From Acinetobacter phage Ab15, in sequence record PP763259.1: a stretch of DNA of 64,000 nt; one strand, given 5' to 3'. The notes below the pieces were generated by a model. It made no database searches. It was not told the DNA's origin and saw only the letters and a list, made by a program, of their open reading frames with translations. The position numbers were made by a program, and so were the translations under genes. Every line of letters starts with the position of its first letter. Position 1 is the stretch's first letter. Of the stretch, positions 1 to 9,713 are shown piece by piece.

Positions 1-363
1 TATGGGGAAACTAGAGAGGTAGTCGTTCGGGTTTCCTTTATAGGTAAATTTACTGATAGCACATATGCTAATTCCAGAAAGTTTATGGCAATCGTAAAAA
101 GTTTTCAAGGAAGAAGTGCATTTTACCGACAGGGATTGTCTTTAGCAGGTGTCTCTCCGATGAGGCCAGTTGATGTTTCTACAGAGACTACAGCCTATAC
201 AAACAACTATGTGGATCTTACCCTTAGATATAAATCAATCTTTGAATTTAATTTAGAGCCTATTGAAGAAGTAGAAGTGAGCCATGTTCTCACTATTGAC
301 GAAGATTTAGGGACTCCAGAACCTGACTACACAATAACAGGTACAAACACTATCACCAGATAA
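1..363 (+). CDS. hypothetical protein, C-terminal fragment; possibly a head-tail joining or tail completion protein
   Basis: Frame 1 is open from nt 1 with no stop, so the ORF-track Met at 85 is internal and the gene starts upstream of the window. It lies immediately 5' of the sheath gene. Confidence 0.4.
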   Translation, partial: YGETREVVVRVSFIGKFTDSTYANSRKFMAIVKSFQGRSAFYRQGLSLAGVSPMRPVDVSTETTAYTNNYVDLTLRYKSIFEFNLEPIEEVEVSHVLTIDEDLGTPEPDYTITGTNTITR

Positions 364-376
364 AAGAGGAAGAAAA

Positions 377-1405
377 ATGGCTTCAAAACTTTCTGAAGTA
401 GTGAATGTTGTTATTAGAAGAGAGACTAGTTTCATCCGTGAAGCTGATTTAAACACAATGGCTATTGTCTCAAATAACACAACATTTACAGATGCATACC
501 GCATCTACACTAATATTGATCAAATTTTAGATGATGGCTTTGATACAGATTCTTATGTTTATAAAGCAGCAGCAATGGCTTTTGGACAAGAAATTAAACC
601 AGCTAAGATTGTTGTTACAGGTGGTGCTGTTGCAACTGGCGAGTATGTTACAAAGCTTACAAGTACATTAAGTGCATATAACCAATTTTTATACGTTGTC
701 ACAGATGCTACAGCAGATGCAGATATTCTTGCAATTGCAGCTTATGTGGAAACACAAGAGTTATTTTATGGAGTTACTATGACTGATATTACAGCACAAG
801 GCAACTTGATGACTCAGCTAAAAACTCTTGGCTACGATCGTACACTTGTTTTATTCAATGAAAATACTACAGGAACTATCCCAGAAGCTGGATGGATTGC
901 TAGATTCGGTTCTGAGCAAGCTGGAAGTATCACTTGGGTTCTTAAACCAGTCAAAGGTCTTTTACCATCAAAACTTTCTGAAACACAGAAAACATTCTTA
1001 GAGACTAACAACGTTTCATGGCTAGACAGTTATGAAGACGATGCAGTTATCTCTAATCGTGGTGGTAAGGTTGCTTCTGGTGAGTGGATCGATGTAATGC
1101 TTGGGGTTCAGTGGATTATCACTCGCTTGAGAGAAGCAGTTTACAACGTTCTAAGAAACCAACGTAAAGTAGGTATGAGTAATGAAGGGGTTGCTTTAAT
1201 TGAGGCACCAATTCGTAGAGTTTTAGAACAAGCTATCCTGTTTGGTATCTTGGCAAGAGAACCACAATATTCTCTTATCATGCCTGATGTTCTAGCATTG
1301 ACACCAGCAGAACGTAACTCTCGTAAACTTAAAGGCATCACTTTCAGAGCTAGACTTGAAGGTGCTATTCACTATGTTGACATTGAAGGTACTGTTTACC
1401 CTTAA
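377..1405 (+). CDS. contractile tail sheath protein (XkdK-like), putative
   Basis: 342 aa with RBS AGAGGA. It is first in a sheath-tube-chaperone-TMP order. The C-terminal region GGKVASGEWIDVMLGVQWIITRLREAVYNVL resembles conserved sheath C-domains. Confidence 0.5.
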   Translation: MASKLSEVVNVVIRRETSFIREADLNTMAIVSNNTTFTDAYRIYTNIDQILDDGFDTDSYVYKAAAMAFGQEIKPAKIVVTGGAVATGEYVTKLTSTLSAYNQFLYVVTDATADADILAIAAYVETQELFYGVTMTDITAQGNLMTQLKTLGYDRTLVLFNENTTGTIPEAGWIARFGSEQAGSITWVLKPVKGLLPSKLSETQKTFLETNNVSWLDSYEDDAVISNRGGKVASGEWIDVMLGVQWIITRLREAVYNVLRNQRKVGMSNEGVALIEAPIRRVLEQAILFGILAREPQYSLIMPDVLALTPAERNSRKLKGITFRARLEGAIHYVDIEGTVYP

Positions 1406-1442
1406 TCCGAGGGTAAACTTACTTAAAATAAGGAGAGTTTAG

Positions 1443-1970
1443 ATGGCTGAACAAAACTTAGGTACATACAGTGCTGAAGAAGTTCAAGTAATTTTAGAGC
1501 AAGAAAGTACAGGTCTAGTTTATAGGGTTGTAGGTTTCATGGAAGATTCTATGGTTACTATAACACCTTCAGTAGATACATACACACCATACAATGGTGC
1601 AGATAATACTGGTGCCCGTATTCACAATGGTAACAGAAGTGCAAACGTGGTTTTATCTCTACAACAAACTTCACCTTCGAACGATGTCTTAACAAGACTA
1701 CTTCAAAAGGATGTTCGTTCACGTAGAAATGAAGGTCTCTTCTCAGTAATGATTAAAGATGCTTCTGGACGTACTGTTGCGACAGCACGACAAGCATACA
1801 TTACAAGACTACCAGAAATCACTTACACAAACAACATGTCAGTGCGTGAATGGAATATTTATGCATACAACTCAGAAATCTTCGTTGGTGGTAACGCTAT
1901 GTTAGAACCAGAAGTTGTAGATGCTTTAACAACACTTGAAGCACCTATCGACAACACTTGGGTTGACTAA
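1443..1970 (+). CDS. tail tube protein (XkdM-like), putative
   Basis: 175 aa with RBS AAGGAG. It directly follows the sheath and a terminator hairpin follows it. It carries the motif VLSLQQTSPSNDVL shared with the two downstream paralogs. Confidence 0.5.
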   Translation: MAEQNLGTYSAEEVQVILEQESTGLVYRVVGFMEDSMVTITPSVDTYTPYNGADNTGARIHNGNRSANVVLSLQQTSPSNDVLTRLLQKDVRSRRNEGLFSVMIKDASGRTVATARQAYITRLPEITYTNNMSVREWNIYAYNSEIFVGGNAMLEPEVVDALTTLEAPIDNTWVD

Positions 1971-1974
1971 TGCT

Positions 1975-2008
1975 TGGGAGGGTTGGGTTTTCCTTCCCTC
2001 CCTTTTTG
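1975..2008 (+). terminator. rho-independent terminator or attenuator after sheath and tube genes
   Basis: Stem GGGAGGG...CCCTCCC followed by TTTTTGTTTCTTT. Confidence 0.5.
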
Positions 2009-2026
2009 TTTCTTTGAGAGGATATT

Positions 2027-2593
2027 ATGATCAATGAATTGATGTATTACTCACCAATGGATGTGCAATTCACCATTCTTGGAAAAACTATTTCAGGTTA
2101 TGCTGAAGACAACTTCATTGTGATTGAGCCTCAAAATGACACATCAACCATGAAGGATTCTCTTGATGGTAGAGTGCAAATAACACAGAAACCTAATGCA
2201 ATGTATACTGTAACTCTTTCATTGCAGCAGACATCACCAGATAACACCTTATTGAGTGCACTACATACAATCTACAAGAGATTTGGTTCAACATTAAAAC
2301 TTCCATTGATTATTAAAGATCATAACACAGGGACCACAATGTATGCAACTGATGTTTTCTTTAGAAGGGAACCTACAGTTACTTTTGGTTCAGCTATGAA
2401 TGTACTTAACTGGGAGTTTAATGTAAAGAATCCTTCTTTTGTCATTAGTGGTAACCCTATAGGTGATAATGATGATATTGAAAGAATGATCAACCAAGCT
2501 ATTCAAATAGCTGGTTATTTAGATATTGACCTATCTTCAATTTTAGGAACTGTTAATAATCTTTTTGAAGATGTTAGAGACATATTTGTCTAG
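2027..2593 (+). CDS. tail tube-like paralog
   Basis: 188 aa. It shares TVTLSLQQTSPDNTLL with the tube protein. RBS GAGAGG. Confidence 0.45.
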   Translation: MINELMYYSPMDVQFTILGKTISGYAEDNFIVIEPQNDTSTMKDSLDGRVQITQKPNAMYTVTLSLQQTSPDNTLLSALHTIYKRFGSTLKLPLIIKDHNTGTTMYATDVFFRREPTVTFGSAMNVLNWEFNVKNPSFVISGNPIGDNDDIERMINQAIQIAGYLDIDLSSILGTVNNLFEDVRDIFV

Positions 2594-2605
2594 GGAGTGA
2601 ATTAT

Positions 2606-3211
2606 ATGGCTGATCTTGATTTTGATCAATACATCAAAGAAAACCCCGACATCTTAGGTCAAACAGTTGATAGAGATTCCTTACTAGGTCCACAAGCTAC
2701 AAATACTGTTTTAAAGTCATCAACAAAGGCTTCTGAGAGCTTTGGTAACTTTGTTAAGCAAACCCAAAGTGTTCTTAACAGTAGAGTTTTTACAACCCTT
2801 AAGAGGATTGCTGGAAAGATTATCTCTAATGGTGAGGGTTCTTATGACCCTTCAAAGCATATCTTTTATGTTGGTGATTTAAAATTAGAGGGTGTTGTTG
2901 AATGTAGAATCAACTACCCCGATGTTTTCAAAACTTACGAAAGTATGGCAATTGGTGGAAACCCTGTAACCAGAAAAAGAAATGGTGTAATTACTATGGA
3001 GATTGTACTGCAAAGAACCTCCCCTAGTTGTAATGCACTTAATCAAGCATGGGATATCATGTATAGAACTGGTAGGGGAAAACTTAAAATCCACATTGTC
3101 GATAATGGTGGTATTGGCCTAGATGGTGATGCCATTATTGTTAAAAAACCAGACAATACAATGGATATTGATGGTGCAGATTTTACATATACCTTTCAAT
3201 TATTTAGATAA
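2606..3211 (+). CDS. tail tube-like paralog or tail assembly protein
   Basis: The ATG at 2606 sits 8 nt after RBS AGGGAG; the ORF-track start at 2597 is GTG. It carries the motif EIVLQRTSPSCNAL related to the tube motif. Confidence 0.4.
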   Translation: MADLDFDQYIKENPDILGQTVDRDSLLGPQATNTVLKSSTKASESFGNFVKQTQSVLNSRVFTTLKRIAGKIISNGEGSYDPSKHIFYVGDLKLEGVVECRINYPDVFKTYESMAIGGNPVTRKRNGVITMEIVLQRTSPSCNALNQAWDIMYRTGRGKLKIHIVDNGGIGLDGDAIIVKKPDNTMDIDGADFTYTFQLFR

Positions 3212-3236
3212 TATCTTTGTTATATAAGGAGTGAAT

Positions 3237-3662
3237 ATGACACAAGAACTACAACGAGTTGTTACTGTTAACGACAAAGAATACACAATTCAAATCTTCA
3301 AGGGTGAAACCTCAATGGTTATCTTCCATGAGTTAAGCCGTGTAATCATCCCCTTCATTAAGGATTTACAGGATGCCTTCACAACTGAAGATGAAGCAGA
3401 AAAAAGTAAAATGATTTTAAGTGCTCTAGAGAAAGTATTCACTACAGTGGATTATAACACAGCACTCAAACTCTTAAAAACTCTGGTAAGTCAAGTATAT
3501 GGTGCCAATGGCCGTGTAATTGTTCCTAATGATGAATTCGCTAAGAACATTACTTCATGGTACTTGTTAGCTTGGGAAGTTATCTCATTCAACTACGCTG
3601 ATGTTTTTTCCTTTCTCGGTTCAGGAGAGACAGCAGCAGACCTGAAACGAGACTTAATCTAA
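3237..3662 (+). CDS. tail assembly chaperone (gpG-like), putative
   Basis: Small acidic protein directly upstream of the tape measure gene. The ATG at 3237 is 5 nt after AAGGAG. Confidence 0.45.
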   Translation: MTQELQRVVTVNDKEYTIQIFKGETSMVIFHELSRVIIPFIKDLQDAFTTEDEAEKSKMILSALEKVFTTVDYNTALKLLKTLVSQVYGANGRVIVPNDEFAKNITSWYLLAWEVISFNYADVFSFLGSGETAADLKRDLI

Positions 3663-3871
3663 AATTAAGGGCTGAACTTGACAAATTAGATGAAGAGTTC
3701 AGCATGCCTCATGAATGGCTGCAAATACTTAGTGCTAAAAAACCTTTGGTTACCTATATGGAATTAAGGAATATGACATGCTCTGAAGTATACGATATTC
3801 TTGAGTTGCAAGATAGTTTAGACCTCTACAGGGATGTTGCTGAATATATCCAAGAGCAAAATAAAAAATAA
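3602..3871 (+). CDS. -1 frame extension of the chaperone (gpGT-like frameshift product), putative
   Basis: The -1 frame is open from 3602 to the TAA at 3869-3871. A T6 run GTTTTTTC at 3603-3610 lies at the frame overlap. This matches the conserved G/GT arrangement ahead of a TMP. Confidence 0.35.
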   Translation, partial: CFFLSRFRRDSSRPETRLNLKLRAELDKLDEEFSMPHEWLQILSAKKPLVTYMELRNMTCSEVYDILELQDSLDLYRDVAEYIQEQNKK

Positions 3872-3886
3872 TTGTGAGGTAATATA

Positions 3887-6010
3887 ATGGAAATTGCTAA
3901 GCTGTTTGCCTCTGTCGGCTTCCGAGTTGACACAACAAACCTTGAAAAGTTCGAAAGCAAATTGGGCCAAGTACAGACTAAGTTTGTAGGTTTTAGCCAA
4001 ACAATTAGTGCTGTTGGTACACAAGCATCTACAGCAATTGTCCCTGTAAATAACTTACTTAAAGCTTTAGATTTTAAAGGTAAAAGTACAGGTATTACCC
4101 CTTTAGTTACTGCTTTAGGGAGATTATCTACCACAGTAAATGCAATGAATACTTCTGAGTTCCACTTAAAGATTCAAAAAATTACATTAGCACTAGAAGA
4201 ATCTAGACCTAGTATTTGGAAAAGTAAAAATGCTTGGGAAGCATACGCTAAAGCTGTAGCAGAAGCAAGGGCTGCCTTAACAGGAAACTGGGGAAGAATG
4301 CCCCCTAGCCCAAGAACTGCTGCTAGTGGTGCTGCTGGGGTAGCTGGAGGTATGGCTTTAGGGTCAACTATGAGAGGAGGTGGTGGTTATGTATCATCAC
4401 CTCACTACACACCAGCAAGTAGACTTTTAGCACCAATGGTTGGCTCTCACTTAGCTTATTTAGGTTCTGGTGGCGTTATGGCTGGGGTTGGTGCTATCTA
4501 TGCCACTAAAGCCACTCTAGATAGAGCACAAGAGAACGTAACCGCAGAGAACTTTGTAAAGATGGCCTCTAAAGATGATGACGAGTTCAAACAAAACCGA
4601 GATTGGTTGTGGGAAAGATCACAGTACTATGGTACTGACATCAATGCCAACATGGAAGGTTTTGGTAAAATCTACATGAACACCATTGATTCTCTAGGAA
4701 GAAAAGCTTCTTTAAATGTTATTGAAGACATTATGAAGTATAACACTGCTATGCACACTTCTAGGGAAGCTCAGAAGTTTATTAACAAGTCATTGTACCA
4801 AATGGCAGGTACAGCCCAAGTAAACGCTCAAGACTATAACCAATGGGAAGAACACGTAGCTGGTGGTAACAAAGTGGCTTCTGCTGCTCTTGATATCTTA
4901 GCACGACAAGGTAAAATCCAAAAAGATTGGAGAGAATTAGGAACCGCCAAAAAAGCTATTTCCGAATTAAAACTCCAAGGTAAGGATTTAGTACCAGCCT
5001 TGACACAAGCTATGGCTAATGCTTCTGCTAAAGGTCTAGAAACTGGTCGTACTGGTTACCAAGCCCAACAAACAAGATTCCAAAACCAAGTAACACAATT
5101 TGCTAGGGATCTTGCTGATGGTGGCTTGTTCGATATGGCTAAGAATTTCTTTAAGTTACTATCAACCATTATGGATGTCATGAAGGCAATGATGCCAATA
5201 TGGACTGGTTTAGCTAAGGTTATGGGATTCTTCTTTGAGAATTTAGCTTTAGGCATTGAAGCCATTAAGGAATTTTTGAAGTATGGTCTAGATTTTATAT
5301 CATTCTTATATGAAACACGTACTGGTGCTCTTATTGCCAATGCTGGTATTGCTTTACTTCTTATTGGACTTTGGAGATTCTTCAATGGCTTCAAGAAGTT
5401 TATGACTGCTGTTAAATTATTAATGGCTTCAAACCCAATCCTATTAGCATTAATGGCAATCATTACTATTCTAGGTTTCCTATATGGTCAATGGAAAGCA
5501 CAACAAGAAGGTTTAGATAACTGGTTAGATGTCTTTACGGATGTTCTAACAATTGCCAAATATTCATTCTTAGAGTTTGTCTACAATGTACAATCATACT
5601 TCTTTATGATGATTTCGTCAATTGTCTCTAAAGGCATGGAAATCAAAACTTGGTTGTCTGATGTAATTGAAGAAATGAGGGAGATGAGTAAAGTTGTTGA
5701 CTTGATTGTTACTGGTTTTGAGAAAGTTGAAGAGTTGAGACAAAGAAACAAAAAGAACCGAGAGGAACTTGATGGAGTATTTGAAAAATATGGAATCAAC
5801 AGAAATAGTTTCTGGTCACCAATGGCTAAACCTATTCAACAACCAACTACACCAAGTCCTTCTAAGAATGCTTTTGGTAATGGCTTAAGTGGCTTTACTG
5901 GTGCTGACTTCAGAATCAAAACTGAAGGTCAATTCACACTGGTTGACCAAAAAGGAAAACCTCTGGGTAATGCTGAGAATATTAATTCTCAAGTTGCTTA
6001 TGGTGTTTAG
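3887..6010 (+). CDS. tail tape measure protein
   Basis: 707 aa. It has a coiled-coil-like N-terminus, a Gly/Ala-rich segment, a central run of hydrophobic TM-like helices (FFENLALGIEAI...LIGLWRFF...ILLALMAIITILGFL), and sits downstream of the chaperone. Confidence 0.75.
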   Translation: MEIAKLFASVGFRVDTTNLEKFESKLGQVQTKFVGFSQTISAVGTQASTAIVPVNNLLKALDFKGKSTGITPLVTALGRLSTTVNAMNTSEFHLKIQKITLALEESRPSIWKSKNAWEAYAKAVAEARAALTGNWGRMPPSPRTAASGAAGVAGGMALGSTMRGGGGYVSSPHYTPASRLLAPMVGSHLAYLGSGGVMAGVGAIYATKATLDRAQENVTAENFVKMASKDDDEFKQNRDWLWERSQYYGTDINANMEGFGKIYMNTIDSLGRKASLNVIEDIMKYNTAMHTSREAQKFINKSLYQMAGTAQVNAQDYNQWEEHVAGGNKVASAALDILARQGKIQKDWRELGTAKKAISELKLQGKDLVPALTQAMANASAKGLETGRTGYQAQQTRFQNQVTQFARDLADGGLFDMAKNFFKLLSTIMDVMKAMMPIWTGLAKVMGFFFENLALGIEAIKEFLKYGLDFISFLYETRTGALIANAGIALLLIGLWRFFNGFKKFMTAVKLLMASNPILLALMAIITILGFLYGQWKAQQEGLDNWLDVFTDVLTIAKYSFLEFVYNVQSYFFMMISSIVSKGMEIKTWLSDVIEEMREMSKVVDLIVTGFEKVEELRQRNKKNREELDGVFEKYGINRNSFWSPMAKPIQQPTTPSPSKNAFGNGLSGFTGADFRIKTEGQFTLVDQKGKPLGNAENINSQVAYGV

Positions 6011-6047
6011 GTAGCAGAATACAGGAGAATAAAATGAGGGATCATGA

Positions 6048-6941
6048 ATGAGATATCACCTATATTCAATCAACACGGGAGAGGTAATCTCTCTCGATGC
6101 TACCACAAGCTTTAGTGAAAGCCATAAGGCCAATGTCACAGAGCATCCTGTGGAAATGGGCACACCAATTAGTGACCATGTGTTCTTATCCAACCCAACA
6201 CTTAACCTGAAGGGTATCGTGACAGATTATGATGTAGTTAATAGTGAATATATTGACTTGTCAAGCTTCTCGGTATCCTCAATAGTTCAAGATGTAATTA
6301 GTCTTTTTAAGGACCCTACAGATGTTGATAATATTTCAACACAGGATGACACTAAGTTAGACTTTAGGTCAATTGCTGTTGCAAACGCCTTAAAGAAAGC
6401 TTTCTATGATCGCCATGTTTTCTCTTTGTTTGTTTTAGATGACACAGAAGATGCACCACCTATTGATCACTACAACACAGTGGTAATCGATGGTCTAACC
6501 TTCACTAGAAGTGCTGACAATGGTGGTGAAATGATTGAGGTTGATATTGCACTCAAGCAAATACGATTAGCCAAAATCAGAAGATCTGAAGTGACAAAAG
6601 CCGAGAAGGATGCCTTAGATAAAGCTGTTTCTCAGACAGCTAAATCAAACGCTACTAAAGATAGTACTAGTGGTTCATCTAAGAGTACTAAAGATGGTAA
6701 AGGTACTAAAACAAGTGGTGATGGTGCCTTTTCGGATCCTTCAGATATTAGCAAACAATTTGATGTTGGTGCTAAAGAAGGCGAAGGTGCTGGAAGTTTA
6801 GTTGGTAAGGTTAGATCCAAGACAGCAGCTATGGCTAAACAAAAGATGGTAGATGCAGAAGATGCTAGAAAGTTAGCCGAAAGAAACCGAGCAGGTATCT
6901 CTGAAGGTAAAACTTACGGAACTACTTATGGTGGTAGATAA
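6048..6941 (+). CDS. tail/baseplate protein (XkdP position) with disordered K/S/T/G-rich C-terminal tail
   Basis: 297 aa immediately after the TMP. The C-terminal 110 aa are low-complexity (SNATKDSTSGSSKSTKDGKGTKTSGDG). Confidence 0.4.
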   Translation: MRYHLYSINTGEVISLDATTSFSESHKANVTEHPVEMGTPISDHVFLSNPTLNLKGIVTDYDVVNSEYIDLSSFSVSSIVQDVISLFKDPTDVDNISTQDDTKLDFRSIAVANALKKAFYDRHVFSLFVLDDTEDAPPIDHYNTVVIDGLTFTRSADNGGEMIEVDIALKQIRLAKIRRSEVTKAEKDALDKAVSQTAKSNATKDSTSGSSKSTKDGKGTKTSGDGAFSDPSDISKQFDVGAKEGEGAGSLVGKVRSKTAAMAKQKMVDAEDARKLAERNRAGISEGKTYGTTYGGR

Positions 6942-6955
6942 TTTAAGGAGTATGT

Positions 6956-7303
6956 ATGGAGCAATTAAAATATTATGGTTGTAGGGTAGCACTTTATAAC
7001 GATAAAAATTACACATGCTTTATCAAGCTCTCGGATTTTACCTACCACTTAGCCTTTAGGTACAACACCTTTGCTGGTGCATATATGTTAACTGTATATG
7101 ATGCCAATGGTAATACTCTAATATCAAACAAAATGGTCAAACCTGACAGGATGTTTGATATTAGACCTAGAGAGAATTCTGTAGAATCTTTGAACTTGGT
7201 ATTTAACAAAATATTCCCAAATGCTGATGTAAATTATGACAAATGGGATGACAACATGATGTGCACAGCCTATCTTACACGATGGGAGAATGTAGAGCAA
7301 TAG
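6956..7303 (+). CDS. hypothetical tail/baseplate protein
   Basis: 115 aa ORF with RBS AAGGAG in the structural module. Confidence 0.4.
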   Translation: MEQLKYYGCRVALYNDKNYTCFIKLSDFTYHLAFRYNTFAGAYMLTVYDANGNTLISNKMVKPDRMFDIRPRENSVESLNLVFNKIFPNADVNYDKWDDNMMCTAYLTRWENVEQ

Positions 7304-7316
7304 GAAAGGAGGGTTT

Positions 7317-8513
7317 ATGTCTGAATATTTATGGGACAGGAAGATCAGGGTTACAGTTTACAAACAAGGCTTGACAACTGATGAAATCACCCAAATCCTT
7401 GCAAGCACAGATGATGGTCTTGAAGAGGGTTTCGATAGAAGCCCAACTCAGACAGGTATTTTAAAGTTTGAAATTGATCAAGAGTTACCTATTGAGTTTG
7501 AGATTACAAAAACTCTAGACAATAGTGGAAAGAATAACTCTGCAAGTTTAAGAATATACAATATTAGTGAAGATACTGCAAAAACTATGGGCCACCAAAT
7601 GCTCACAGTTAAAATTGAAGTAGCTTATAGAGGTATGCCTCTTACACCAATCTTCCTAGGGGATGTTATTAGTGCATCCTACAAGAGAGGTAAAGAAGGA
7701 AACTATGCTGACTTTGAGATGAGTCAATCATACCTAATACAAAATACAGGAATTAAATTCTCTGCTACATTCCCTGCTGGGATGACCTATGCGGAAGCTG
7801 TGTTTTTTGTTTTAGATTTTTATAGTTTTGCTGGTGAGTTTTACTCTGCCAAAGAAGATGAAATTGCCATGTTCCAAAAGCCATTACCTTATGGTTTAAG
7901 CTTAGAGGGAAACATGGCTGAATGTTTAGCAAAGCTTTTAAAGCCTATAGGTATGAATTGGCACATTACTCAAGCTAACACTATTCAAATTTTTACTGAT
8001 AGGGTTTTTGAGGAAGGTGGTACTAGTGGAACAATCTCAAAACAAGGTCTAGTTCCAAATAAAACACAATCAAGTGATGTTACAACAAGCACTGGTTTAA
8101 CAATATACTCATTCGATGCTGATAGTGGTTTGATTGAAAAACCATACCTAAAAACTGAGACAGTTACGAAAAGAATGGGTGAGGTAGCCAATAATGAAAC
8201 ATTCATTGCAGTAAAACCTACAAAGTCAAAAGCTAAATCTACAAGTGAAGCAGTTGGTACAAATAAAAAGAAAACCAAAAAAGCTGTAAAGACACCAAAC
8301 AAACCGAAGATCACTGTAGCTCGACAAGTTGTTGAGTTTAAAACCTTACTATTACCTCAGATAGAACCAAAAACGGTTGTTGATATTGTTTCCAAAACAC
8401 AGGAAAACATTAGTGGTCGTTACGGAATTTTAGAGGTTAAATATACAGGTGCCAGCTATGATGATAAATGGTACTGTGAATGCATCGGAGTTGCAACCAG
8501 TAAGATAGATTAA
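7317..8513 (+). CDS. baseplate hub / tail protein (gpD or XkdQ-like position)
   Basis: 398 aa with RBS AGGAGGG. It precedes the spike-like gene. The C-terminal region is Lys-rich. Confidence 0.35.
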   Translation: MSEYLWDRKIRVTVYKQGLTTDEITQILASTDDGLEEGFDRSPTQTGILKFEIDQELPIEFEITKTLDNSGKNNSASLRIYNISEDTAKTMGHQMLTVKIEVAYRGMPLTPIFLGDVISASYKRGKEGNYADFEMSQSYLIQNTGIKFSATFPAGMTYAEAVFFVLDFYSFAGEFYSAKEDEIAMFQKPLPYGLSLEGNMAECLAKLLKPIGMNWHITQANTIQIFTDRVFEEGGTSGTISKQGLVPNKTQSSDVTTSTGLTIYSFDADSGLIEKPYLKTETVTKRMGEVANNETFIAVKPTKSKAKSTSEAVGTNKKKTKKAVKTPNKPKITVARQVVEFKTLLLPQIEPKTVVDIVSKTQENISGRYGILEVKYTGASYDDKWYCECIGVATSKID

Positions 8514-8523
8514 AGGAGTGAAC

Positions 8524-9267
8524 ATGAACACAGATTTTATCACAGCACTAAAGAAAGGTGCACAAACCCAGACTGAGAACAGGTACTATTGTTTACCAGC
8601 CGAGGTTGTTGGTGTTGCCAATCTTGATAAGGGTGTAATTGATGTAAAACCAATTATTGAACGAGTGTATGATGATGGATCTGTAAATGAAGTTCCTACC
8701 ATATTATCTGTGCCAATAGCACACCCACACACAAGAAATAGTGCCATAATGTTACCAGTAAATCAAGGTGACAGTGTACTTTTAGTTTTCTCTCAGAGGG
8801 ATATTTCTGCATTTAAAGGTGGAGCAAGAAGTTCTCATGAACCAGAAACAAGAAGAGTTCATGATTTAAATGATGCCTTTGCCATTCTTGGAATTAGTCC
8901 CCTAGAGGAAAGCCCTTATGCATCACAGCAGCATTCCTTGCCACACTCCACAAGTGATGTTGTTGTGGTGCATAATTTAGGTTCTTCAAATGAAAATGAA
9001 GTAAGACTAAAACGCAATGGAGACATTGAGTTAACTACACCAAATAATTTCGTAGTTAATGCAAAAACAGCACAATTTAATGTTGACAAATTGATAAATA
9101 CGGGTGATAATATTGTAGAGGGAGACTCTACTGTAAATAGCAACCAGACAGTTAATGGAATGACTAATCTTGTTGGTGGTGGTGTTGCCAAGGGAATCTC
9201 TCTAGAACAACATAGACACCATTACACCGATGATGGTAACGATATGATTACAGACCCTCCACAATAG
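8524..9267 (+). CDS. baseplate spike protein (gpV-like)
   Basis: The ATG at 8524 is 5 nt after AAGGAG. An N-terminal OB-like segment (LPAEVVGV...PVNQGDSVLLVFSQRD) resembles P2 gpV-family proteins. Confidence 0.5.
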   Translation: MNTDFITALKKGAQTQTENRYYCLPAEVVGVANLDKGVIDVKPIIERVYDDGSVNEVPTILSVPIAHPHTRNSAIMLPVNQGDSVLLVFSQRDISAFKGGARSSHEPETRRVHDLNDAFAILGISPLEESPYASQQHSLPHSTSDVVVVHNLGSSNENEVRLKRNGDIELTTPNNFVVNAKTAQFNVDKLINTGDNIVEGDSTVNSNQTVNGMTNLVGGGVAKGISLEQHRHHYTDDGNDMITDPPQ

Positions 9268-9293
9268 TGAGGGTTTATTTTTAAGGGGTGTAT

Positions 9294-9704
9294 ATGGACA
9301 TACTATTAGTAAATGGGAAGGTTTCCATTACAGGAAATCAACTCCATCCAACAACAGACCTTGCCAGTAAAGTTTCCCAAAGAATCTACGTAAGACTTAA
9401 AAGCAACAAAGGTTACTGGTTTCTTGACACTACCTTTGGGGTTGCTTGGCTTGATGAAATCTTTGGAAAAAGAAGAACTAAAGCTGCAATCGATACTCGA
9501 CTTCAACAAGAAATCTTGAAAGACACTTATATTGAAAGAATTAGTTCTTGGTCATCTAACATTGATGGCCGTTCCTATAGTTGTCAATTTACCATACAGG
9601 TTATAAGAAGTCAAGATGAGGATAACACAATTACCATGAGGTTAGTTGGTAACGAATCTGGTCTTATCCTTCAAGATAGTCTAGGTAATGTATATGAAAT
9701 ATAG
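9294..9704 (+). CDS. baseplate wedge protein (gpW/gp25-like)
   Basis: About 137 aa, sitting between the spike and J-like genes, as gpW-type proteins do in P2/PBSX-like modules. Confidence 0.4.
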   Translation: MDILLVNGKVSITGNQLHPTTDLASKVSQRIYVRLKSNKGYWFLDTTFGVAWLDEIFGKRRTKAAIDTRLQQEILKDTYIERISSWSSNIDGRSYSCQFTIQVIRSQDEDNTITMRLVGNESGLILQDSLGNVYEI

Positions 9705-9713
9705 GAGGCTTAA

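Noticed and set aside
5056-5463. 135-aa minus-strand ORF inside the tape measure gene, and similar antisense ORFs inside nrdA, the polymerase, the AAA+ ATPase and elsewhere
   Set aside because: They are antisense to long genes with clear homology, and there are no RBS or promoter signals. They are typical shadow ORFs.
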